From an uncultured Myxococcales bacterium (GTDB lineage Bacteria; Myxococcota_A; Polyangia; Palsa-1104; JAEUJZ01), in the NCBI GenBank assembly GCA_964437195.1, contig CAYTGC010000035.1:1-28964 (forward strand): a DNA stretch of 28,964 bases, in the 5' to 3' direction. The notes beneath the pieces were generated by a model. That model was not told the DNA's origin. It did no database searches and saw only the letters and a list, made by a program, of their open reading frames with translations. The translations under genes were made by a program, and so were the position numbers. How positions within the stretch are numbered: the first letter of the stretch is position 1; the number at the start of each line of letters is the position of its first letter. Shown here one piece after another: positions 1 to 8,952 of the stretch.

Positions 1-350
1 CGTACTTCGGTGACGGCGCTTTGCGGCAAGGCATGCTCAATGGCGGCATAGCGGACGTGCGGCAGCGCCTGTGTCTTTTGTCCGTCGAGCTGTGGCACCC
101 GCGTCGCTTCGTCCCAGGGATCGCTTGTCGGCGCAGACTCGGGCTTCTCACTTATCGCTGGAATCGGGGCTGGCGGGGTCGCTGGAATCGCGTCCGGCGG
201 AGGCGGCAGTGCGGTCAGACTCTCAATCGGTTCCGGGGACGCGAGAAGCAGGCCAAAGGCGCTGGCCGCGTGCTCGGCTTCGTAGAGCGTCGGCTCTTCC
301 AGCAGAGAACGCCGCGACGAGTCGGCTTTTTCTTCGCGCGGCCTGTGCAT
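1..350 (-). CDS. 5' portion (first ~116 codons) of a gene that runs off the left edge; Pro/Ala/Glu-rich low-complexity N-terminus (MHRPREEKADSSRRSLLEEPTLYEAEHAASAFGLLLASPEPIESLTALPPPPDAIPATPPAPIPAISEKPESAPTSDPWDEATRVPQLDGQKTQ...)
   Basis: Hand translation of the minus strand from the ATG at 350..348 stays open to position 3. The supplied track omits it because no stop lies inside the window. Third codon positions are GC-biased like neighbouring genes. The competing + ORF 21..473 is Arg-rich and looks like a wrong-frame artefact. Confidence 0.35.
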   Translation of the reverse strand, partial: MHRPREEKADSSRRSLLEEPTLYEAEHAASAFGLLLASPEPIESLTALPPPPDAIPATPPAPIPAISEKPESAPTSDPWDEATRVPQLDGQKTQALPHVRYAAIEHALPQSAVTEV

Positions 351-502
351 GGGACGGACTGTAGCGCAGCCCTCCCTGGGTGCTCGCAGAAAAACGGAGT
401 GAGCGTGGCACTCGGTGCTCGCGCGGCACACATCGGGACCATGCTGGGAAAGCGAAAAAACTTGGCTCTTTAGCGAGCCTAGGAGCCGTGATAGCCTAAC
501 CC

Positions 503-1543
503 TTGGTGTCAAAGCGTCCGCCGCTCCTCGGCTATAACCACAATGTTCGTCACGCTGGACGGCTGTTTCACGTTCAGACGGAGGACTCAGGTCCGGCGCG
601 TCCGGTCCTGACCACTCACCTGTTCATTGAGGGTACGATTCTCTCCTCGCAGAGGACGCCGTACTCGCTGGATGAGCCGGAGACGGTGACCCAGAAGCGG
701 ATGCAAGAGCAGCACAAAGGAATGCTCAAGCGTCTGCGCGATGGACTGTTTGACAACCTGCCGGAAGTTCAGCGCTTCCCGGTCCAAAAGAGCGATGCGC
801 ATGGCAGCGCTCCGACGGCAAAAGCGGCAGCGGGGGACACCCAGAAGATCGGGGCCCCCAAGCCAACCGGCGACGCTGCGGCAGCCAAACCAGATGGCTC
901 GTCCCCGATCATTTCTCCGGTTCCGCCACCACCGACTGGGCCCGGGGTGAGCACGTCGACGCTGGCCGAGCGCCTGAAGAAGATCAATGCCGGATCGGGC
1001 ACGGTTCCGGCACCCAGCGAGAGCAAAGTCATTGTTTCGCCTGAAGCAGCGCCGGACGACGCAGTTGTCGAGATCGAAGCGGCTGCTGACGACGATGAGC
1101 CGGCCCTGTCGTTCGAGGCTGAAGCTGACGACGATATGCTGAGCGAGAACACGCCGCTGCCGAAAGCCCGGCCTCTGGCGTCTCTCGATCAGGAGGATCA
1201 GACGGCTCAGTTTGGGGCAAATCAGATTCCGGTGGTGCAGCCTCCTGCTGCGAAGGCGCCGGCGGTGCTTACCTCGATTCCGCCAGTCCAGCGGTCGATT
1301 CCGTCCTATACCATTCCGCCGGAGCTGTTCAAGCCGCGGCCAACCGCCGAGGGTGTCACGCTGCGTCGCTCGCCACCTGTGCCGATCACTCGCACGGTCG
1401 CCGATCCGATCCGTACCACCATCGTCAGGGGTCGTCCGACGCGCCCTGCGCCGCTTGCGCCCACGCTCAAGCCGGGCCAGTCCCTCGCGGATGGCCCACT
1501 TGATGTCGAGATTCTCAGCTACCTGTCACGAATCAGCCAATAG
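503..1543 (+). CDS. Hypothetical protein: ~75-aa N-terminal region (LLGYNHNVRHAGRLFHVQTEDSGPARPVLTTHLFIEGTILSS) followed by ~270 aa of Pro/Ala/Asp-rich, probably disordered, sequence
   Basis: Long ORF with GC-rich codon usage. The start must be non-ATG (TTG 503 or GTG 506), because an in-frame stop lies at 497..499 and the first in-frame ATG is around codon 66. It is divergent from the partial gene at 1..350. The low-complexity tail has acidic runs (EAAADDDEPALSFEAEADDD). Confidence 0.5.
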   Translation: MVSKRPPLLGYNHNVRHAGRLFHVQTEDSGPARPVLTTHLFIEGTILSSQRTPYSLDEPETVTQKRMQEQHKGMLKRLRDGLFDNLPEVQRFPVQKSDAHGSAPTAKAAAGDTQKIGAPKPTGDAAAAKPDGSSPIISPVPPPPTGPGVSTSTLAERLKKINAGSGTVPAPSESKVIVSPEAAPDDAVVEIEAAADDDEPALSFEAEADDDMLSENTPLPKARPLASLDQEDQTAQFGANQIPVVQPPAAKAPAVLTSIPPVQRSIPSYTIPPELFKPRPTAEGVTLRRSPPVPITRTVADPIRTTIVRGRPTRPAPLAPTLKPGQSLADGPLDVEILSYLSRISQ

Positions 1544-1563
1544 TCTCGCCGTCGATATCGGAT

Positions 1564-2589
1564 CTACTTGGCGACGCTGAGCACGAAATTGTCGATCGCG
1601 ATTCGCGAGTTGTCGTCCTTGCGACCGTCGGTAAATGAGATCACTCCCCATGCATCGATCTTGCCCTCGGGAAGCACGCTCGGACTTCTTGGCGCACTGG
1701 CCGATAGCTGACCAAGCTCTGGATGGATGCCTGGCATGGCCTCCCAGATCGGGGCCGACACGCTTATCGTCGCTTTGGCATCGGCATCGTTGAACCCTGC
1801 GCCGCCGACCTTTGCTGCTGATGTCGCGCTGAGATACCAGGTACCGGCAATCCGCAGCGCCGCAAAGACGGAATTGTCAGGATTTCCATTGCTTACGCGG
1901 AAGCTTACGCTGACCAAGTTCTGTTTGGTCAGCGTGAGCGCACTGAGCGCTGGGACGCTTGCTGCGGTGAGCCACGCACTCTGTGGGGTCGCCAGGTTTG
2001 GAGAGCTTGCCGTGTTGCTGGTCCACAAAAACAGGACTTGCGGGGCCACATGCTGCGCGTCTGCAATCGACAAGAAACCGCGATCGGTCACAGCCGAGGT
2101 GTAGCCAATGTCCGCCGCACTGTTCGCGGCAGACGTCGCGGCTCCACTCGACAGACTCGCAAGCCATCCGGTGGGATTGAGCGCTGAACCGACATCGACC
2201 GCAGCCACCGTCGCATGCGCATTCCATCCGCTGGCGCCGATCGGCTGATCGCTTAAGCCACTTTGGAACAGCGCTGCATACGTGTTCGTTGGCGGTGGTG
2301 GGGTCGCCAAGTCTGGGGCCGTGGCCAGGTCAGGGTTGGTACCCGCTGCCATATCGCCTGCGGCCATGCGGCGGGGCTCACACTGCTCGGTGAGCATGTT
2401 GCAAACTTCGTTGGCCTGACAGGCATCTGGGCTGACAACACAGTTTGCACGGTTGATCTGGGCCAGTGGTTTCCAGAAGTCGGTGCATCCAGGTGCCGCT
2501 GCCGTCGTCGAGAATAGCAATACGGTCAGAGCAGGAATAGGAATCACAGATTGGCGAGTTTTCGGAGCTTTCGGAGTCTTCACAGACAT
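1564..2589 (-). CDS. Secreted hypothetical protein (~341 aa) with an N-terminal signal peptide, a Cys-rich segment and Pro-rich repeats (NPDLATAPDLATPPPP)
   Basis: ATG at 2589 is preceded by AAGGAGAGG. The N-terminus MSVKTPKAPKTRQSVIPIPALTVLLFSTTAAAPGC is a signal-peptide-like hydrophobic stretch. The longer track ORF (to 2655) adds 22 residues without an RBS. Convergent with 503..1543. Confidence 0.55.
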   Translation of the reverse strand: MSVKTPKAPKTRQSVIPIPALTVLLFSTTAAAPGCTDFWKPLAQINRANCVVSPDACQANEVCNMLTEQCEPRRMAAGDMAAGTNPDLATAPDLATPPPPTNTYAALFQSGLSDQPIGASGWNAHATVAAVDVGSALNPTGWLASLSSGAATSAANSAADIGYTSAVTDRGFLSIADAQHVAPQVLFLWTSNTASSPNLATPQSAWLTAASVPALSALTLTKQNLVSVSFRVSNGNPDNSVFAALRIAGTWYLSATSAAKVGGAGFNDADAKATISVSAPIWEAMPGIHPELGQLSASAPRSPSVLPEGKIDAWGVISFTDGRKDDNSRIAIDNFVLSVAK

Positions 2590-2710
2590 GCCTCTCCTTG
2601 TACTCTGCTGCGTTTGGTTGAACAAAGGGGGACCAAACAGACTCCTTATTAGCATACACCACAGGAGTCGCTTCGCCCTCCCAAACGACGGGCCATCGAT
2701 TCACAGAAGC

Positions 2711-5700
2711 TCAATGGGGGACGGTGCCCACCTGATGCAGCCTGCGGGCTCTGTCCCAAACCGCTTCGATACCCTGCGCAGAGATTCCTTGCAAAATCCA
2801 CGGTCCCCCAAGGGCTGGATCGGTGGTCAAGAATGTGCCTCGGCCAATCTGGCGCAGACCTTTGCTTTTTTCCAGGGGACGCTGGGACAGCGCAGAAAGC
2901 ACGCGGTCGCTATCCGGGGAGGCGTAGCTCTGGCCACTCTTTAGATCGATGGCGCTTGTCATATGGAGCCGCTGCCGTAGCGATGAATCGGGAAGTTGCG
3001 CGAGCCGCGCTAGCATCTTCGGATCGATGGACGGCACCACCAGTTGATCGGGACGAAGGTGCCGCAGCGGGTCCCAATCTGGGTCCGCATCGTCGGTGAA
3101 GTAGGGAATCCCATCCAGCGATCGTCCATTGTCGATGCTGTACACCCGAAATGGGGGGCCTTCCGAAACCAAAAAGTTGTCTGCGTAGTTGGCGTCCCCA
3201 TGTGCGATCAGGCACAAAAATGCCATGAGGTTTGAAACGCTACGCCGGTAATCGGGTTCGCTTGCGAAGCGCTGGGGGCTCCACAGACCCTCATGGAATT
3301 TTGTTGGAGTCTTTCCGTCCTCGACCCAAACGGTCAGCGCGCCCAGTACCAAGTGATCGTTTATCGTCGGAAATGTGGCCGGGATCTGCTCCCCAAGAAG
3401 CCGCGGAACACCCTTACAGCTTCGTTCGCACGGAACATTCCGATGCAGCGCACGAAGAACGACATCGGGGACCAGCTCACGCTGTGGATCACCAGCGGCT
3501 AAAAAGCGATCTATGTGACGCGCGGCCACTTCGCAGCGCGGCGCGTTGTTGCCATCGAAGCCTTCCTGGCTTTCGCTTCCCTCGACTCCCATCGGCTTCC
3601 ATTTGGCGGAAAACGTAATGTCCCTGCGTGAAAGCGTCAGCTTGTAGACCGCTGGATTGATCACCTCGACCGCAGCCAGCGCGAGATCATTGGCAAGGAG
3701 ATCTTCAGTGGAGACTCGACTCGATGCAGGTGGGATGGGATTCTGCGCGGAAGGCGTGAACAAGGGACGAGACAGGCGCGACAGAAACAGACCATCAAGT
3801 GGCAGCAGCTGCGCCTCTGCATCGACACGCTCCGAACTGACCAGATAGACGGGGCGACCAGCTTGAATCGCGGCATCTATTTCTTGTGGCGACTTCTGCG
3901 GGACATAGAAGCGCAGACTCAGACTCGTCAGGTGGTGGCGTGTGCGAAGCTCCGATGGGGGAATTCCGATGTACGGACGGACGATGGGCTTGCGTCGGGT
4001 ATAAAGCTGAAAATAGGAAGCGAGAAGTCTGTCATCGACCAGGATCTCTGCATCGGATTCCAGTGTCACAGAGAGCCACTTGGTAAGCTGACGGATGGGC
4101 TGTTCCTCTCTCTCTGCTGCTCCCGTGAACGTGCGGACAGACTCTGCCACTGCGATCGCACTGCGCTGACTTTGACCAATCAGGAATCCGAGCCACGCGA
4201 TGCTGATCGCGGCCACCGCTCGTGCGAATAGAGAGAAACGGGCAGGGCCGCAAAGACCCAGCGAGATGAGGAAAATCAAACCGAAGGAGGATGGACCCCA
4301 GGCTTCGGGATTCTCTGGCTGAAAAAAGAAAAAATGGACAAACAGGAGTCCCAACCAGAGCAGCAACCGACGACAGATCTGAGGCGCCAAGGAATGCGCA
4401 CGATGGGAAAGAAAAGCGAATCCAACCAGGCTGGCAAGCGCTTCACCAACTGGATGCGTGAGCGGAAAATCACCGACAAAGAACGTACGAACCCCGGTGT
4501 AGCAGTCGAGCAGGCGCTGTCCCAAAGATGTGGGCCACGACAGAAACTCTCCGGACAGATGATACTCAAAGAAGAAAGCGAACACTTGGCGCAGGCCCTT
4601 CGCTTGGCCGACAAATACAGCCAGGCCGATCAGCAGCGGCAAGACAAAGACGGTGGTAAGAAGCAGGATCGTTGCAATGTCTTGCGCGGAAGCCGAGTCC
4701 TTCCGCTGGGAACGGAGCGTGAATAGCAGATCGACACAGAGCCAGACAAACAGAAGTCCGCTTATCAGGTGGGCAAAGATCGCCAGTGAGAGCAGGACAG
4801 ACAGCAGTACTTGTCGACGCAGCAGCGTCCATCTGGGGTTGCGAAACAGTCCCAGGTCCCAGTGTTCCCGATGTTGGAGATACAGGACCTGAAACAGTGT
4901 GGCGAAAAAGAGAGCAACTTCCTTTTCCTCTCCTGAAAGTGTCAGTCGATAGCGTCCGCCAGCCAGCAGCATAAGCAGCACAGCGCAGACTGTGACCAAC
5001 AGTGCGTCGCCGGTATCTTTGCAGACCGCGCGAGCTGTCAGGCTGAGCAAACAGACAACGCCGCCCAAGAAAACCGACTCACGCACCACCACGGCAAGGA
5101 CTGGATCTTCCACGAAGAGCCGAAACGGTGCGGTCAGCGGAATGACGAGTGGATGCGCGAAGAACAGCCAGTCAGATGGCTCCACCGGCCGAACTTGGTT
5201 GAGTACGGATGCCGTCATAAGTGCATCCCAACCCGGCTCACCACCGTCGCGGAAGAGGATCTGAAAAGAGGTTGATAATATGCCTAATATAATCGACCAC
5301 CAGAGCCATCGTGAGGGTCGATGACCAGCCAATCGGGCAAGTCCCAGCAGCAGCGTAGTGCTCGGCAAGAGCAGTGGTGCAGCCAAGAGCAGAACAACAC
5401 TGGCTGACAAAAAACCAACCAGAAAGCCGTTGTTTTCGTGGAAGAACAGATGGGCTGGGCGTGGATGGTTGCGGCTACGGCTGGCGAGAAAACTTCCGCC
5501 AAGGACTCCGCACAAGAACGCGGAGACGAGCACTGCAACAAGGGGCCATGCGGAGAATGGGACCGAATGTGATGACAGCGCAGCGAGCCACAGGAAAACA
5601 GTCGCCAGGACGGCGGTCCAAGGTTCCGTGCTCCGTGCGGCATCGCTTCGCTGAAGGAGTGATCCGACAAACCCACCTACGAGCCAGCAGAGCAAAAGCA

Positions 5701-5848
5701 AAAACCACGTCGACGCACTGGCGCCAACACCACGATACGACAGGACTCCCAGCGTCACCTGAAGCTGTCCCAGCGCCATCCCGGTCAGGAATGCTTCGCC
5801 GAAACGATCCGAAGGGCGGTCGATTTTGTCGGCATGGGACATGGTCAT
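2711..5848 (-). CDS. Very large polytopic membrane protein (~1045 aa): ~15-17 predicted TM helices in the N-terminal ~590 aa plus a ~450-aa soluble C-terminal domain with a kinase-like catalytic-loop pattern (IAHGDANYADNF ... YSIDNG)
   Basis: Many long hydrophobic segments rich in W/F/L. The ATG at 5848 overlaps the TGA of the upstream gene (ATGA at 5845..5848), implying translational coupling. The track ORF extends to a GTG at 5878. The function assignment is inference from motifs only. Confidence 0.55.
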   Translation of the reverse strand: MTMSHADKIDRPSDRFGEAFLTGMALGQLQVTLGVLSYRGVGASASTWFLLLLCWLVGGFVGSLLQRSDAARSTEPWTAVLATVFLWLAALSSHSVPFSAWPLVAVLVSAFLCGVLGGSFLASRSRNHPRPAHLFFHENNGFLVGFLSASVVLLLAAPLLLPSTTLLLGLARLAGHRPSRWLWWSIILGILSTSFQILFRDGGEPGWDALMTASVLNQVRPVEPSDWLFFAHPLVIPLTAPFRLFVEDPVLAVVVRESVFLGGVVCLLSLTARAVCKDTGDALLVTVCAVLLMLLAGGRYRLTLSGEEKEVALFFATLFQVLYLQHREHWDLGLFRNPRWTLLRRQVLLSVLLSLAIFAHLISGLLFVWLCVDLLFTLRSQRKDSASAQDIATILLLTTVFVLPLLIGLAVFVGQAKGLRQVFAFFFEYHLSGEFLSWPTSLGQRLLDCYTGVRTFFVGDFPLTHPVGEALASLVGFAFLSHRAHSLAPQICRRLLLWLGLLFVHFFFFQPENPEAWGPSSFGLIFLISLGLCGPARFSLFARAVAAISIAWLGFLIGQSQRSAIAVAESVRTFTGAAEREEQPIRQLTKWLSVTLESDAEILVDDRLLASYFQLYTRRKPIVRPYIGIPPSELRTRHHLTSLSLRFYVPQKSPQEIDAAIQAGRPVYLVSSERVDAEAQLLPLDGLFLSRLSRPLFTPSAQNPIPPASSRVSTEDLLANDLALAAVEVINPAVYKLTLSRRDITFSAKWKPMGVEGSESQEGFDGNNAPRCEVAARHIDRFLAAGDPQRELVPDVVLRALHRNVPCERSCKGVPRLLGEQIPATFPTINDHLVLGALTVWVEDGKTPTKFHEGLWSPQRFASEPDYRRSVSNLMAFLCLIAHGDANYADNFLVSEGPPFRVYSIDNGRSLDGIPYFTDDADPDWDPLRHLRPDQLVVPSIDPKMLARLAQLPDSSLRQRLHMTSAIDLKSGQSYASPDSDRVLSALSQRPLEKSKGLRQIGRGTFLTTDPALGGPWILQGISAQGIEAVWDRARRLHQVGTVPH

Positions 5849-7335
5849 GGATCGGACATGACCTGCCGTGAAAGCCACAGGACACCGAAGAGGTTCTGTT
5901 CACTAAGCGGCTGCGCAGACAGTGTCACGAGTCGTACGGTCCGATCAGCGTAGACTTCGCCGCCTTCTGGATCGTGGGAACGCAAGGCGTGCTGCATCTG
6001 TGAAAGCGTAAACGGAAGGCTCTTCCCTGCATACAGGATCGCCAGTCCTGTCGAGTTTCCCTCAACCACCAGGAGGGAAGGGAAAGCCTGGGCTGCCGAG
6101 GCTGCAATCTGCTGACCCAGTGGATCGTGTAAGCTCGAACAGAGGCTCAGCGCTGCGACGCCACCCTCGCCAAGATGGCTTGCGATCTGCGCGTAGAAAC
6201 CCGGCGAATGCAGAAGCGCGAGCTGGGTCCGGTAGGGTGCCGGAACATCAAGCACGATCAGGTCATAGCGCTCGTGGCTCTGTGCGAGAGAGACGCGTGC
6301 ATCGGCAATCTCGACAGTGATGTCTTGCGCAGAGAGCTTGTGATGACTTGCGAACTGGCGAAACCCGATGTCGGCCACTGCGGCATCAAGCTCGATCACG
6401 CGGACGCGATAACCCAGCCGGTGAAGATGGGCAGCCGAGGAAAAACTGCCACTTCCGATCACCAGGGCAGACCCGTTGTGACGGGCAAGCAGCGCACCTG
6501 GGATCCGTGCCAGCAGCACATTGAAGGCATCCAAATCACCGGCCCGATAGAAGGGAACACCGTCGAGAAAAAGGATCTTCTCACCCTGCGAGGAGACAAC
6601 ATCCACGCGCTGATACGGTGAGTAGCGACTCTCTAGTAGCGTGGGTGTCGCGAGCTGATGAACGCGTTGATAGTACAGCTCGGATGCCTTGCGATCGAGT
6701 GTCTGTAGGTTCCCGGCCACAAGACACCCAGCCACTGCAAAGAGCAGTCCGTAGCGCACGCCGTACGACAACCCAAGGAGCAGTGCGGGCAGGAGCAAGT
6801 AGACTGTAAGGAGCGTCCTGTGCGACGGCACACTGGCGATGAGCAGGAGCATCAGGGCCGCACCGAGAAGCTCTCCAGCGTAGAGCCACGGAATCGAGCG
6901 AGGTGGTGATATATGAGGCAAAATAAATGAATAATATCCACAGAGCAGAGAGATTCCTGCAGTGATGACTGCGGCACTTGGTCCAAGCTGAGACGGGCCA
7001 AAAACAGAAACGATCGCGCGAATTCCGAACGGGAGCAGCCACTGGCAGAGGGCAGCCACACAAGACCAGGCAAACACGGTTCGGTCCGAGAGCCGAAAGC
7101 GCAGTGACAGAGCATATCCCAGGCTTGGTCCGAGCAGTGTGATCACGGTCGCGGCGATGAGAGACAGCTCGGTCACAAAAAACGTCGATCCAAGCTCACG
7201 CGAAGCGATGTACTGGCTGGCAAGCAGACTCGCCCCCGAAGCAGCCAACAGCAACAGGTGTCGAAGTGCTGGAACGGAAGGCGTCTCTGTCGGTCGATCG
7301 TCCTCTCGACTTTGTGCCACGCCAGAATCTACCAT
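5845..7335 (-). CDS. Membrane-anchored spermidine-synthase-like / class I SAM-dependent aminopropyl- or methyl-transferase-fold protein (N-terminal ~7 TM helices plus a C-terminal Rossmann-type domain)
   Basis: C-terminal half reads NGSALVIGSGSFSSAAHLHRLGYRVRVIELDAAV...YDLIVLDVP, typical of the SpeE/methyltransferase nucleotide-binding fold. The N-terminal half is hydrophobic. ATG at 7335, 9 nt after the stop of the cyclase gene. Confidence 0.5.
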   Translation of the reverse strand: MVDSGVAQSREDDRPTETPSVPALRHLLLLAASGASLLASQYIASRELGSTFFVTELSLIAATVITLLGPSLGYALSLRFRLSDRTVFAWSCVAALCQWLLPFGIRAIVSVFGPSQLGPSAAVITAGISLLCGYYSFILPHISPPRSIPWLYAGELLGAALMLLLIASVPSHRTLLTVYLLLPALLLGLSYGVRYGLLFAVAGCLVAGNLQTLDRKASELYYQRVHQLATPTLLESRYSPYQRVDVVSSQGEKILFLDGVPFYRAGDLDAFNVLLARIPGALLARHNGSALVIGSGSFSSAAHLHRLGYRVRVIELDAAVADIGFRQFASHHKLSAQDITVEIADARVSLAQSHERYDLIVLDVPAPYRTQLALLHSPGFYAQIASHLGEGGVAALSLCSSLHDPLGQQIAASAAQAFPSLLVVEGNSTGLAILYAGKSLPFTLSQMQHALRSHDPEGGEVYADRTVRLVTLSAQPLSEQNLFGVLWLSRQVMSDP

Positions 7336-7344
7336 GAAGGCATC

Positions 7345-8643
7345 CTACCCGAGCTTGTAAAGCTGAACGCTTTCTTCCCGGCCTTTGACCTGAACTGGGT
7401 CGAGCTTTTCGACATGGACGGATTCGCTCGGTAGTCGACTGACCACGGCCTCGGTCGCGAGAATCTGGGTGTTCAGGCCCTTGTTCAGACTTTCCACTCG
7501 GGCCGCTAGGTTGACGGCATCACCTATCACTGTGTATTCCCGCCGGAGCTGGGATCCGACGCTTCCTGTAACGACATCGCCGGCATGAAGTCCGATTCCG
7601 ATCCTCGTCTTGGGAATGAGCTGTGCGGCGCAAAGGGAATCAACTTTGGCGAGTAGTTCCAGCGCCGCGTGGACTGCGGACTGGCAGTGGTTTTCGTTTG
7701 CAATTGGTGCGCCAAAAATCGCGAGAAATCCGTCACCGAGGAACTTGTTGATGATGCCGCCGTGCTTGTCGATGATCTCAACCAGCGGACCGAACAGGGT
7801 GTTGAGGAAGCGGACGACTTCGCTCGGGGATTTCCCTTCCGAAAAGCGCGTAAAGTCACGGATGTCGAGAAACAGAATCGACACATTTCGTGTCTCTGTG
7901 ACCTGTCCCGCATGGGTTCCAAGGAGGCGTTCGGCAACCTGGGGTGAGACGTGTTGGCCGAACATTGCGACGGTGCGATCTCGTTCCAGCACGGCTTCAG
8001 CAGTCCGCATGAGCCGGGCGCGCAGATCGCGACTGACCAATGCGGCCCCCATTCCACAGACCACCAAAATGGAAGCGCGCAGGAACATCGGAACGGGTGA
8101 CGAAAAAATCGGATCGTGCTGTCTGGGCAGATGCGAAAAGGACCAAGAACCAAAGAGCAGATACTCCGCTGCACACAGGACTGCGACAAACAGCGAGTAG
8201 GGCATGCTCAGTCGCAAGATCGACAGCATGATAAGTCCCAGATAAATGAGAACAGGTGGGGCTGCGAGCGCAAACTCTGCCGAGGAAAAACGACCAATAA
8301 TCCACAGGAATCCGGTGATCCCTGTGACTTCAACAAAGGAGTTTGCGAGCAGGTAGACACTGGGAAGCGGCTTGTCGGCGTCAAGCTTGCGCTGGATTAC
8401 GAAGTACGAAAGCCAGCAGTACGCTGCGAAAATGCCAATGCCGATCCGAAGACGTGGGCCGACGAGGGAAAGCGGAGAGCTTGGGCTGCCGGTGATGCCA
8501 GGGTCGAGGAGGTTGAAGACCAACATCGCCAGAATGAATCCGAGCGTGAACACCACGGCCACGATGCGGGCGCGGGCTCGCTCGGTGGCCATGATCTCGC
8601 GGGCAAGCTGCTGGGCGAGCGCCCGCTCGTGACTCGGGTCCAT
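7345..8643 (-). CDS. Class III adenylate/guanylate cyclase with an N-terminal 6-TM membrane domain
   Basis: The C-terminal cyclase-homology domain is unmistakable: VSILFLDIRDFTRFSE...FLGDGFLAIFGAP...GIGLHAGDVVTGSVGS...YTVIGDAVNLAARVES. ATG at 8643. Confidence 0.85.
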   Translation of the reverse strand: MDPSHERALAQQLAREIMATERARARIVAVVFTLGFILAMLVFNLLDPGITGSPSSPLSLVGPRLRIGIGIFAAYCWLSYFVIQRKLDADKPLPSVYLLANSFVEVTGITGFLWIIGRFSSAEFALAAPPVLIYLGLIMLSILRLSMPYSLFVAVLCAAEYLLFGSWSFSHLPRQHDPIFSSPVPMFLRASILVVCGMGAALVSRDLRARLMRTAEAVLERDRTVAMFGQHVSPQVAERLLGTHAGQVTETRNVSILFLDIRDFTRFSEGKSPSEVVRFLNTLFGPLVEIIDKHGGIINKFLGDGFLAIFGAPIANENHCQSAVHAALELLAKVDSLCAAQLIPKTRIGIGLHAGDVVTGSVGSQLRREYTVIGDAVNLAARVESLNKGLNTQILATEAVVSRLPSESVHVEKLDPVQVKGREESVQLYKLG

Positions 8644-8694
8644 GGCTCATCATATCGCGGAGACGGGCACCACGGCGGCGAGTCTGCGTTGCGG

Positions 8695-8952
8695 CTAGGC
8701 GGTAGGAGATTTTCCGTCGGAAGGTGGTGGTTCAGACTTGCCGTGTGCAGCCGGGGTTTCCGGGTGCGCGCTTCCCCCACCCAAAAGTGAGTAGAGGAAG
8801 ATGATCGCACCGAGTCCCCACAGCAGAAGACCAAGACCCGCGTAGACAAAGAAAGCGGTCGGGTGAGACCAGCGAAGTGTGAGTGCCTCTACGACCAGGC
8901 CGAGTAGAACGAGGCAGGCAGCAATCCGCGTGCGCAGATGTTCCTTGCTCAT
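8695..8952 (-). CDS. Small (85 aa) two-TM membrane protein, last gene of the cytochrome operon
   Basis: The ATG at 8952 overlaps the TGA stop of the NapC-like gene (ATGA at 8949..8952). Sequence MSKEHLRTRIAACLVLLGLVVEALTL...FFVYAGLGLLLWGLGAIIFLYSLLG has two hydrophobic helices. The track ORF extends to 8973. Confidence 0.5.
   Translation of the reverse strand: MSKEHLRTRIAACLVLLGLVVEALTLRWSHPTAFFVYAGLGLLLWGLGAIIFLYSLLGGGSAHPETPAAHGKSEPPPSDGKSPTA

Noticed and set aside
21-473. 150-aa + strand ORF at the left edge (and overlapping 71..364 +, 215..442 -)
   Set aside because: It is extremely Arg/Trp-rich, the typical wrong-frame product in GC-rich DNA. The opposite-strand partial ORF (1..350) has sensible composition and an ATG.
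8644-8694. Looked for a terminator between the small membrane protein and the adenylate cyclase gene
   Set aside because: No stable hairpin or T-run is visible, hence the suggestion that transcription may read through.
7527-8790. Long alternate-frame/antisense ORFs over the adenylate cyclase gene (7527..8189 -, 7610..8200 +, 8116..8790 +)
   Set aside because: They overlap a gene with an unmistakable cyclase domain. Their composition is Arg/Ser/Ala-biased low-complexity. They have no RBS.
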